This document shows positions 9,553 to 17,597 of a stretch of 64,000 nucleotides of DNA, one piece after another; the first letter of the stretch is position 1; every line of letters begins with the position of its first letter. A program made the position numbers and the translations under genes. The stretch spans positions 19,235-83,234 of the forward strand of contig MFTV01000010.1 of the NCBI GenBank assembly GCA_001785445.1. Direction: 5' to 3'. The DNA comes from Candidatus Nomurabacteria bacterium RIFCSPHIGHO2_02_40_30 (GTDB taxonomy: Bacteria; Patescibacteriota; Minisyncoccia; Phycocordibacterales; UBA9973). The notes under the pieces are model-generated. The model had not been told where the DNA came from and did no database searches. It worked only from the letters and a program-made list of their open reading frames with translations.

Positions 9553-9771
9553 ATGAAGAAATTAAACTTACAAAATATAGTTTGGAAAGAGGGGAAATAC
9601 TATGTTTCTCAGTGTTTAAATGTAGATGTCTCTAGTTTTGGCAAGACAAAAAAAGAGGCGCTTAAAAATTTAAGTGAAGCTCTAGATTTGTATTTTGAAG
9701 AAAAAAGTATTCCAAAATTCCAAGAGGTTAAAAGCCCGGAAATATTCCCTATGGCTTTTAGGTATGCCTAA
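9553..9771 (+). CDS. hicB: HicB-like antitoxin (type II TA, UPF0150 fold)
   Basis: 72 aa; ...EGKYYVSQCLNVDVSSFGKTKKEALKNLSEALDLYFEE matches the HicB/UPF0150 pattern (..GGYxAxxPELPGCxxxGDTxEEAxxNxxEAIELYLE). Overlaps the next ORF by 8 nt. Confidence 0.55.
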   Translation: MKKLNLQNIVWKEGKYYVSQCLNVDVSSFGKTKKEALKNLSEALDLYFEEKSIPKFQEVKSPEIFPMAFRYA

Positions 9772-9985
9772 ACTTCTGTCTTCCGCACAAATAATAAGTA
9801 TCATTGAAAGAAAAGGTTTCGTTTTTATTTCCCAAAAAGGAAGCCATATGAAATTCAGAAAATACGGGAATAAAAATCTGACAGTAATTGTTCCAGCCAA
9901 TAAAAAAGAAATTCCTATGGGAACCCTTCACTCAATCATTCGTCAGTCTTCCCTTCTTAAAGAAGATTTTTTACTTTCTAAATAA
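9764..9985 (+). CDS. hicA: HicA-like mRNA interferase toxin (YcfA family)
   Basis: Start at internal ATG 9764 (MPKLLSSAQIISIIERKGFVFISQKGSHMKFRKYGNKNLTVIVPANKKEIPMGTLHSIIRQSSL). This matches HicA (..LLxxGFxxxRQKGSHxxxxHPDGRxxTVPxHxxKDLxxGTLxSIxKQAGL). Confidence 0.6.
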   Translation: MPKLLSSAQIISIIERKGFVFISQKGSHMKFRKYGNKNLTVIVPANKKEIPMGTLHSIIRQSSLLKEDFLLSK

Positions 9986-10090
9986 GTTTTACGTATAAAT
10001 CAGAAAGCATCAGAGAGCAATGCTTCTGATGCTGGTATTTTTCTCGCGATTTTTTAAATAGGGCTCGTGAGATGTACCCTGTTTGGTTCG

Positions 10091-10576
10091 TTAAGCCACG
10101 TTAGAAATTACGTGATTGTAGGAAATACAGAGTTTGCCTAGCTCCCAGTTTTGGGAGTCGCTGAACTCTTGTCTGGCCGCATACAGTTCTGCCGCTCGCT
10201 GTTGAACTTTGTCTTCGGAGACAGTAGCATTCTGAAGCTGATACTCTGCCAAAGCCCAGTCGAACCGTGCCCTGGCTTGTGAGATACATAGAGCAACGTG
10301 TCGAGCTGTGCTCGAAAAGGATTCAGGAGTCACTACGTGACGGTCCCGAGCCAGTCGAAGCGAGCCTTGATAGTAGGACGGCACATAGTATTCGCGTGAT
10401 ACCAACATCCACGCGAAGTGATGATCGACCCGTCGTTCCATTTCTTCTTCGTTTGTGTTCACTCGCCCAGTCTCCGCTCGCCAGCGCCAGATTCCATAGG
10501 CTACGCAAAGCACAAATTGGTCAAAGAACCCCTGTTTAACCGGTTGCTGAATTCTTCCCGATTCACTCAACGACAT
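10091..10576 (-). CDS. Hypothetical protein encoded by a compositionally atypical, GC-rich patch
   Basis: 161-aa ORF with ATG preceded by AAAGGAG (6-nt spacer). Local GC is roughly 50% against roughly 35% in flanking genes. Product is W/R-rich with no family recognised by eye. Confidence 0.5.
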   Translation of the reverse strand: MSLSESGRIQQPVKQGFFDQFVLCVAYGIWRWRAETGRVNTNEEEMERRVDHHFAWMLVSREYYVPSYYQGSLRLARDRHVVTPESFSSTARHVALCISQARARFDWALAEYQLQNATVSEDKVQQRAAELYAARQEFSDSQNWELGKLCISYNHVISNVA

Positions 10577-10697
10577 AAAGATCTCCTTTTAGCTAAACTT
10601 AAACTTCCTGATTTTTATACAACTTTTTCTTTTTTTTTGCAATAGATAACTAGGCTTTTTAGGGTGGCTATTTTTTGCTATAATTTCTAAATGAAAT

Positions 10698-10973
10698 CCC
10701 GTTAGAGATAACTTATGTTTCACTACACTTACATATTAAAAAGTCAAAAGGATGGTAAAATGTATACTGGCTATACAGAGGACCTACGGAAGCGCCTTAG
10801 TCAACATAACAAAGGTTTGTCTAACTACACGAAAGATAGAGGCCCATTTGATTTAATATATTATGAAGCGTGTTTACTGGAAGATAAAGCAAGGTCGAGA
10901 GAATTATTTTTAAAATCGGGAATGGGCAAGCGTTATCTAAAAAATAGATTAGGCGCTTCCTATCTCTAACGGG
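10698..10973. mobile_element. Minimal GIY-YIG-encoding element: 13-bp terminal inverted repeats flanked by a 7-bp direct repeat
   Basis: Left inverted repeat cccgttagagata (10698-10710) is the exact reverse complement of the right one, tatctctaacggg (10961-10973). Both are flanked outward by identical ATGAAAT (10691-10697 and 10974-10980). The downstream ATGAAAT copy is the start codon of the HAD gene. Confidence 0.6.
10715..10969 (+). CDS. GIY-YIG domain nuclease (small stand-alone, UPF0213-like)
   Basis: HYTYILKSQKDGKMYTGYTEDLRKRLSQHNKG...TKDRGPFDLIYYEA matches the GIY-YIG pattern (YxYILxS..G.xYxGxTxDLxxRLxxHN.G...T...GPW.LVYYE). The gene fills an element bounded by 13-bp inverted repeats. 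Confidence 0.75.
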   Translation: MFHYTYILKSQKDGKMYTGYTEDLRKRLSQHNKGLSNYTKDRGPFDLIYYEACLLEDKARSRELFLKSGMGKRYLKNRLGASYL

Positions 10974-11618
10974 ATGAAATATTCTTCGGTGATTTTTGAT
11001 TGGGATGGGACATTGGGGATGACTTTGCATTTGTGGTTTGAAGGATATAAAAGTGAATTGAAAAAGTTAGGGCGCGAATATTCAGACCAAGTTATCATAG
11101 ATGACTTTTTCTATGAGCATAAAAAGACAATGCTGAAATACCCTGATATGGACTTCGATGCTTTTATAGAGAATGTCCGAAAGTATATGATTAGCCATGT
11201 CTCCCATATGAAGCTATACGAAGGAGTACACGAAACATTAGAAAAGTTGCAGGAAAATAATATCAAGCTGGCGCTGGTTTCTTCAAGCCCTAGAAAATTA
11301 CTGGAAGAAGTTCTTGAACTCACAGATTTATCTAAATTTTTCTCTGCCATTTCTGGATTCGACGATATTATGAAACACAAACCCGACCCTGAACCATTTT
11401 TGTATATTATAGAAGTTGCAAAGCTAGACCCAAAAAATACTATTATCATAGGGGATTCACCTCATGATATTAGTGCTGCTAAAGCCGCTGGCATAGACTC
11501 CTGTCTTTTTTTACCGGAAGAAAACAAAATTTTTTATGACTTTGAAAAATTAAAACAAACCAACCCAACATATTGCGTGGAAACTCTGAAAGAATTCGCC
11601 AATATCGTTATAAGTTAG
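10974..11618 (+). CDS. HAD-superfamily hydrolase (phosphatase / phosphoglucomutase-like subfamily IA)
   Basis: Motif I VIFDWDGTL; motif III/IV ...KHKPDPEPF...IIIGDSPHDISAAKAAGI. Confidence 0.8.
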   Translation: MKYSSVIFDWDGTLGMTLHLWFEGYKSELKKLGREYSDQVIIDDFFYEHKKTMLKYPDMDFDAFIENVRKYMISHVSHMKLYEGVHETLEKLQENNIKLALVSSSPRKLLEEVLELTDLSKFFSAISGFDDIMKHKPDPEPFLYIIEVAKLDPKNTIIIGDSPHDISAAKAAGIDSCLFLPEENKIFYDFEKLKQTNPTYCVETLKEFANIVIS

Positions 11619-11648
11619 AAAGCACTAGAAGTGTGCTTTCTAGTGCTT
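11619..11648. terminator. Bidirectional hairpin between the HAD gene and a minus-strand small ORF
   Basis: aagcactagaa / ttctagtgctt forms an 11-bp perfect stem with a 7-nt loop, immediately after the HAD stop. It also lies 3' of the minus-strand ORF 11653-11835. Confidence 0.5.
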
Positions 11649-11652
11649 GATT

Positions 11653-11835
11653 TCACGTTTTTAATATTTCTTTGCCGTTGAATTCCACAATCAAGCGGGA
11701 ATTCTCAGCCCTGAAGTGGAGAACTTCTCCTCCTCCCAATATGAAGCAGATATTGCCATTTTCATTCACACTTATTCCTTCAATGGTTTTCCACAATATC
11801 ACTTTTTCAAGCTCTTTCTGTTTCTCTTCTTGCAT
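11653..11835 (-). CDS. Small hypothetical protein (60 aa)
   Basis: ATG preceded by GGGAGG with a 6-nt spacer. Product looks beta-rich (NGNICFILGGGEVLHFRAENSRLIVEFNGKEI). Divergent from the ATPase gene at 11905. Confidence 0.4.
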   Translation of the reverse strand: MQEEKQKELEKVILWKTIEGISVNENGNICFILGGGEVLHFRAENSRLIVEFNGKEILKT

Positions 11836-11904
11836 AGGTACCTCCCATTTATAATTATAACGTATTTATTTTGAAAAAATCTATAAAAAAGGTACAATTA
11901 ACAA

Positions 11905-13920
11905 ATGAGTGATTTACCGGAAATACCTCAAAATAAAGAGCTGACGTATCTTGGCGTCAGTACCTATCGGGACAAAAATGTTCTTTTTGGTATCAAGCGC
12001 AAAGACAGACGCCAGCATGTTTATATTCTTGGTAAGTCCGGCACAGGTAAGTCTGCCTTGATGTTTAACATGATTATTCAAAACATTCAGAACGGCGAGG
12101 GTGTTTGTATGGTAGACCCGCACGGCGAAAATGTGGAAGCGATTCTCTCCGCTATCCCGCCGCATCGCATGAAAGATGTGATTTATTTCAATCCGGCTGA
12201 TGCCGACCACCATATCGGCTTTAATGTTTTAGAACTTATTGACCCGCAGTACAAGCATTTGGTGGCTTCGGGGCTCATGGGTATTTTTACTAAAATTTGG
12301 GCCAATGCTTGGAGCGCCCGAATGGAATATATTTTGAACAATTGCATCCTAGCATTGCTTGACACTCCGGGGACGACGCTTCTCGGCATTCCGAGAATGT
12401 TAGTGGACAAAGATTATCGCCAAAAAATAATTTCTAACTTGAAAGACCCGGTCATCAAGGCTTTCTGGGTGCACGAGTATGAAGCCTGGCAGGACAAATT
12501 TAGGAATGAAGCTATCGCGCCGATTCAGAACAAAGTCGGGCAATTTCTCTCCACTTCTATAATCAGGAATGTCGTCGGTCAGAGCAAGAGCACGATAAAT
12601 ATTTTCGATATGATGAATGAGGGCAAAATTTTTCTGGTGAATGTTTCTAAGGGTCGCATTGGTGAAGACAATTCCGGTCTCTTGGGCGGCATGATTATTA
12701 CCAAAATTCAGCTAGCCGCTATGGAGCGGGTGCGCGTGCCGGAAGAGTCAAGACGCGATTTCTACCTATATGTGGATGAATTCCAGAACTTTGTGACAGA
12801 TGCTTTTGCCGGCATCTTATCCGAAGCTCGCAAGTACAGGCTGAACTTAACCGTGGCGCACCAGTACACCGCCCAGCTTGTCTCCGACAAAAGTACTGCG
12901 GTGCGCGATGCGGTTTTTGGCAACGTGGGCACGATGATAGTTTTTCGGGTTGGCGCTGACGATGCGGAATTTCTAGAAAAAGAATTTGACCCCGAGTTTA
13001 CTCCACAGGATTTAGTCAACCTGCCGAATTACAAAGCCTACCTGAAATTAATGATAGACGGTGTGACCTCCCGTCCTTTTTCCGCTAAAACTTTGCCGCC
13101 CATGGTCAAGTCGGGCAATAAAGAAGTTGAAGAAGAAGTGATTAAATCTTCCCGTGATTTGTATTGTCGGCCGAAAGCAGTAGTAGAAAGAGAGATTAAT
13201 GATTGGAGTGGAATGTCGCTCGGTGATGATAATGCTCACTCTTCTTCAACTTTGGAGAAGTTTCCAGCTATATGTTCAATGTGTAAAAAAGAAACTACGG
13301 TGCCATTCAAGCCAGAGCCAGGCAGAGCGGTGTATTGCAAAGAGTGTATAGCTAAAATAAAGTCAGGTGAAGTAAAAGTAGAGAAAGGTTCTGAAAATCA
13401 AATTAAATATGATGAATCTAAATTTTTCAAACCATTGGCTGACCTAGGCATAGAATTCGAACAGAAAGATAAAGGCGGGCACAACGGAGAAGACAGGCAT
13501 CCAGAGAGAGGCTTTACTCATACAGCAGCGCACACGAAAAGCCAACCCGGAATACTGGGAGCTATTAAAAAAGTATTCAATAAAACTCCTGCCCCAGTTG
13601 AGATTCCCAAAAAGCCAAAACCAGAAAATCTAGCTTTGAAAGAAGTTTTAGGTAAAATAAATGAACCAGCCTCGACTAGCGCGAGTCTAGGCGGGCCAGT
13701 TTCACTCGACACCCTAAAAGACAAAATCAAAGAAACAAATAAAAATTTAACACATTCTAAAGACCGTTCCGCCAGCCCAGAAGAAATGCATAAATTAAAA
13801 GATTTAATTATTGAGAAAATGGAAAAAAATGAAGATAAAAAAGTTTCAGAACCTCCTTTGACACCAGGCAACATAAAAGAAGTGCCGGAAGATGTCCTCC
13901 GAAAAATTTTAGAACAGTAA
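11905..13920 (+). CDS. TraD/TraG/VirD4-family (T4SS coupling-protein-like) P-loop ATPase with C-terminal DksA/TraR-like C4 zinc finger and charged tail
   Basis: Walker A YILGKSGTGKS, Walker B FYLYVDEFQNF, and a TraG-D_C-like region (SEARKYRLNLTVAHQYTAQL...FGNVGTMIVFRVGADD). Near the C-terminus CSMC-x17-CKEC with ...PEPGRAVYCKEC, then a long K/E-rich tail. Confidence 0.75.
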   Translation: MSDLPEIPQNKELTYLGVSTYRDKNVLFGIKRKDRRQHVYILGKSGTGKSALMFNMIIQNIQNGEGVCMVDPHGENVEAILSAIPPHRMKDVIYFNPADADHHIGFNVLELIDPQYKHLVASGLMGIFTKIWANAWSARMEYILNNCILALLDTPGTTLLGIPRMLVDKDYRQKIISNLKDPVIKAFWVHEYEAWQDKFRNEAIAPIQNKVGQFLSTSIIRNVVGQSKSTINIFDMMNEGKIFLVNVSKGRIGEDNSGLLGGMIITKIQLAAMERVRVPEESRRDFYLYVDEFQNFVTDAFAGILSEARKYRLNLTVAHQYTAQLVSDKSTAVRDAVFGNVGTMIVFRVGADDAEFLEKEFDPEFTPQDLVNLPNYKAYLKLMIDGVTSRPFSAKTLPPMVKSGNKEVEEEVIKSSRDLYCRPKAVVEREINDWSGMSLGDDNAHSSSTLEKFPAICSMCKKETTVPFKPEPGRAVYCKECIAKIKSGEVKVEKGSENQIKYDESKFFKPLADLGIEFEQKDKGGHNGEDRHPERGFTHTAAHTKSQPGILGAIKKVFNKTPAPVEIPKKPKPENLALKEVLGKINEPASTSASLGGPVSLDTLKDKIKETNKNLTHSKDRSASPEEMHKLKDLIIEKMEKNEDKKVSEPPLTPGNIKEVPEDVLRKILEQ

Positions 13921-13922
13921 GA

Positions 13923-15683
13923 ATGAAGATAGAAACCCAAAATTTATCATGGCTAGATATACCAAAGTCTATTTGGTATTTTCTAGAAAAAGATAAAAAG
14001 AAGTCTCTTTTTTATTTTATCGTCATTGTCATAGCATTTTTTTATGATCTCGTTCCCGCATATATTGTAGGTAAAATGGTTGATTTTTTTACTGGCTATA
14101 CACAGGGTCAATCACTTAGTCTTTTTTATTTTTATGTAGTTTTTGTAGGTGTTACTTGGATAGTAGCCTCTCTCATACGCTTAAAAAGCCATAAAGTTTT
14201 AAGTATCGCCAGTAAAAAAGCTCGTACCCGAGCACGTGTTTGGGGATTTGAGCGCTTAACCGAGTTTTCTCTCGGGTGGCATAATAAAGAAAATACAGGA
14301 AACAAATTTCAGCGAATTTTTACTGGAGCAGAAGCTATTGAAAAATGGGTATTAATATTAAGAAGAGATTTGCTTCGGATTATGGCTAACTCTGTCGGGG
14401 TGTTAATATTTTTTTTATTTCTAGACTTTAAATTTATTTCTTTAGTGCTTATATATGCGTTACTTTTTTTGTATGTCGAATTTTCGTTCGGTAAGAAAAT
14501 ACTTAGATTAAGTAATGATTTTAATCTATCTAATCAATCGGCAGGAGGGGTTTACATAGAAAGCGCAAACAATATGCTTGCTGTCAAAGCATTAGGTGCG
14601 AAAGATGGCTTGGTTTCTCGTGTTAAAGATAAAGAAACTATTTCCCGTGATCTTTCGATACAAAAAACAACTATTAGTAATTTCAAGTGGCAACTGTTGC
14701 AGTTTATAAACGGCTTTTCAATAAGTATTTTTCTTTTAATTGCTGGTTTTGCCAGTATTTCTAATGCTATAACAATTGGTATGGTTTTAGTAATATTCAC
14801 TTACTTCTCTAAACTGCAAACTTCATTAAGTGAAATAAGTAACTTACACATGGATGTAATAGATCTTCGTTCAGATCTTGGCAACATGATGCCAATATTT
14901 AAGGAGACAGAATTTATTAAGACAGGCAATGAAAGTTTTCCGAAAGATTGGCAAAAAGTTGAAATTAAAAATGGAGTTATGGATTATGGCTCTGGGCAAA
15001 TGGGGTTAAAAGATTTTAATTTAGTGTTAAAAAGGAATACCAAAACCGGTATTGCCGGGTTATCTGGCTCCGGCAAGTCTACGTTGGCAAAAATTATTTT
15101 AGGCTTATACGGCTTGAAAACAGGGACTTTTAAAGTAGGCAATAAAAATTATTATTCAATTGCGCACAACGAAACCTTGAGCAATATTAGTGTGGTTCTG
15201 CAAGAGACAGAACTTTTTAATCTTTCTTTGCGGGACAACATCACTATGATGCGCGTGGAAGACAAAGAACTTCTGGATATAGCAGTAGAAATTTCCAATC
15301 TTGATGAAGTTATAGGCCGTTTACCGGAGGGGCTCGATGCTATGATAGGTGAAAAAGGGTACATGCTCTCCGGCGGGGAGAGGCAACGTCTCGGCATTGC
15401 CCGTGCGATTTATAAAAATGCGCCAATTATAATTCTCGACGAAGCCACGTCTTCGCTTGATTCGGAGACGGAAGGCAAAATAATGGAGAAACTTTTAGGA
15501 GAGTACGGTAAAGACAAAACTTTCTTAATCATTGCGCACCGCTTGGGTACGCTTAAATATACTGACAACATTGCCGTGATGGAAAGAGGGAAAGTAGTGG
15601 AAGAAGGAAGTTATGATAAGTTAATGAACAACCAGAGCTCTGTCTTTTATAGAATGAATAAAGAAAAAAAAGATGAAAAATAG
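13923..15683 (+). CDS. ABC transporter, fused permease/ATP-binding protein (exporter type)
   Basis: N-terminal 6-TM domain. Nucleotide-binding domain has Walker A GLSGSGKST, signature LSGGERQRLGIARA, and Walker B IIILDEATSSLD. The 3' end overlaps the next gene by 11 nt. Confidence 0.85.
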   Translation: MKIETQNLSWLDIPKSIWYFLEKDKKKSLFYFIVIVIAFFYDLVPAYIVGKMVDFFTGYTQGQSLSLFYFYVVFVGVTWIVASLIRLKSHKVLSIASKKARTRARVWGFERLTEFSLGWHNKENTGNKFQRIFTGAEAIEKWVLILRRDLLRIMANSVGVLIFFLFLDFKFISLVLIYALLFLYVEFSFGKKILRLSNDFNLSNQSAGGVYIESANNMLAVKALGAKDGLVSRVKDKETISRDLSIQKTTISNFKWQLLQFINGFSISIFLLIAGFASISNAITIGMVLVIFTYFSKLQTSLSEISNLHMDVIDLRSDLGNMMPIFKETEFIKTGNESFPKDWQKVEIKNGVMDYGSGQMGLKDFNLVLKRNTKTGIAGLSGSGKSTLAKIILGLYGLKTGTFKVGNKNYYSIAHNETLSNISVVLQETELFNLSLRDNITMMRVEDKELLDIAVEISNLDEVIGRLPEGLDAMIGEKGYMLSGGERQRLGIARAIYKNAPIIILDEATSSLDSETEGKIMEKLLGEYGKDKTFLIIAHRLGTLKYTDNIAVMERGKVVEEGSYDKLMNNQSSVFYRMNKEKKDEK

Positions 15684-17451
15684 CGAAATAAAAAATTGCC
15701 AAAATTGCAAGAAAGATTTCACCGTTGAGCCGGAGGATTTTAATTTTTATGAAAAAATCAAAGTTCCTCCGCCAACTTTTTGCCCAGAATGCAGGCTGGT
15801 GCGGCGAATGCTGTGGCGTAATGAACGCTCGCTTTTCAAAAGGTCTTGCGCCAAAACGAGCAAACAAATAATCACCATGTTTCATCCGGATGCTAAGGTG
15901 GTGGTATATGACCATGACACATGGTGGAGTGACCAGTGGGAACCGACCGATTATGGAAAAGATTATGATTTTTCTAAACCGTTTTTTGAGCAATTCAAAG
16001 AATTACTTTACCGAACATCATTAGCGAATTTAGGAAATTCCAATAACGTTGGCAGTCCTTACGGCAATCACAATGCCGACTGCAAGTATTGCTATTTATT
16101 ATACGCTTCTTTCAACGTTGAACGAACACATTATTCTTATGGCGCGGTTAGATTGAAAGATTGCATGGATATGTATGTCTGTTTGCATTCCGAATTGTGT
16201 TATAACGATATTGTCAGCACTGATTTGTATAAAACTCATTTTTCTTATGACGCGGACGAGTCTGTTAATTGCTTTTTTCTGAAGTATTCTAAAAATATGC
16301 AAGACAGTATTGGCTGTATAAATTTGAGAAATAAAAGTCATTGCATTTTAAATGTAGAATATTCAAAAGAAGAGTACGAGAAAAGGAAAAAAGAGTTTGA
16401 TTTCGGCAGTTATAAAGTTTTGTTTGAATTTGAAAATTCTTTTAACAGACTTGTCCTTAATGTTCCGTACCGATATGCGCACATCATGAAATCTAAAGAT
16501 GTTACCGGAGACAATATTATAAACTCTAAAAATGTAAAGAATTGTTTTGATATTTATCAAAATGTGGAAGATTCAAAGTATTTAATTCATTGCTTGGACG
16601 CCAAGGACTGTTATGACTTATATGGCGGTGGCGCGGTGGCATCTTTAATGTACGAAGGAGTGGATATTGGAAAAGAATCGTCCAAGCAATTATTTTCCAT
16701 ACTCACTCATACTTGTTTCCAAACTTATTATACCTACATGTGCTATAACTCAAAAAATCTTTTTGGCTGTATCGGCTTGCGGGGGAAGCAGTACTGCATT
16801 TTGAATAAGCAGTATTCCAAAGAAAAATATTTTGAACTATTGCCGAAAATTATTGAGCATATGAATACCATGCCCTATAAAGATAAAAAAGGACTAATTT
16901 ATAAATATGGAGAATTTTTCCCAAGCGAATTATCGCCTTTTGCTTATAACGAGACAATTGCCCAAGAATATTTTACAAAAACTAAAGAAGAAATTGTTAA
17001 AGACGGATATACTTATAGAACTTCACCGGCAAAGGATTATCAAGCGACTATTTTGAACAAAGATTTACCAGATCATATCAAAGATGTTTCTGATTCTATT
17101 CTTAAAGAGGTGATTGCTTGTCCTAACGATGGCAAAGAACTGACTCAATGTACCAAAGCTTATCGTATTATTAAATCCGAGTTAGAATTTCTAAAAAATA
17201 ATAACATTGCTTTGCCGCGCTATTGCCCCAATTGCCGTCACTATAAAAGACTCAAGCAAAGAAATCCATTCAAACTCTGGCAGGCTAAATGTCAGTGCGC
17301 TGGGGCTAACTCTCAAAATAAAAAATACAAAAACACAATAAAACATACTCATGGAACCAAACCTTGTCCGAACGAATTTGAAACAAGCTATGCTCCTGAC
17401 CGACCGGAAATTATTTATTGTGAAAAATGTTACCAGCAGGAAGTTTATTGA
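15673..17451 (+). CDS. Cysteine-rich multi-zinc-ribbon protein, paralog 4 of 5
   Basis: MKNSEIKNCQNCKKDFTVEPEDFNFYEKIKVPPPTFCPECRLVRR..., the WWSDQWEPTDYGKDYDFSKPFFEQF motif, and C-terminus CPNEFETSYAPDRPEIIYCEKCYQQEVY. The ATG sits inside the ABC exporter stop region, which suggests translational coupling. Confidence 0.85.
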   Translation: MKNSEIKNCQNCKKDFTVEPEDFNFYEKIKVPPPTFCPECRLVRRMLWRNERSLFKRSCAKTSKQIITMFHPDAKVVVYDHDTWWSDQWEPTDYGKDYDFSKPFFEQFKELLYRTSLANLGNSNNVGSPYGNHNADCKYCYLLYASFNVERTHYSYGAVRLKDCMDMYVCLHSELCYNDIVSTDLYKTHFSYDADESVNCFFLKYSKNMQDSIGCINLRNKSHCILNVEYSKEEYEKRKKEFDFGSYKVLFEFENSFNRLVLNVPYRYAHIMKSKDVTGDNIINSKNVKNCFDIYQNVEDSKYLIHCLDAKDCYDLYGGGAVASLMYEGVDIGKESSKQLFSILTHTCFQTYYTYMCYNSKNLFGCIGLRGKQYCILNKQYSKEKYFELLPKIIEHMNTMPYKDKKGLIYKYGEFFPSELSPFAYNETIAQEYFTKTKEEIVKDGYTYRTSPAKDYQATILNKDLPDHIKDVSDSILKEVIACPNDGKELTQCTKAYRIIKSELEFLKNNNIALPRYCPNCRHYKRLKQRNPFKLWQAKCQCAGANSQNKKYKNTIKHTHGTKPCPNEFETSYAPDRPEIIYCEKCYQQEVY

Positions 17452-17454
17452 CCT

Positions 17455-17590
17455 CACCCCCAGCCTCTCTCAACCCTTCCAGACCTCCCCTTGTCAGGGG
17501 AGGCAAATGGTTTTCCCCTGATAAGGGGGATGCAAGATGGTTTAAGGAGAGGGTGGCCGAAGGTCGGGTGAGGTGAATTATGTTATAATA
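17455..17590 (+). other. GC-rich, multi-hairpin intergenic element between paralog 4 and the second TraD-like ATPase
   Basis: Outer stem acctcaccc / gggtgaggt. Inner hairpins cctcccc-ttgtca-ggggagg and tcccc-tgataa-ggggga. Very GC-rich compared with the flanking AT-rich coding sequence. Starts at the paralog 4 stop codon. Confidence 0.45.
17581..17589 (+). promoter_or_regulatory. Extended -10 promoter element (TGTTATAAT) upstream of the second TraD-like ATPase
   Basis: TGnTATAAT match 9 nt before ATG 17598. The same TTATGTTATAATA string recurs at 61898-61910 upstream of the gene at 61917. Confidence 0.4.
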
Positions 17591-17597
17591 CTTAATT

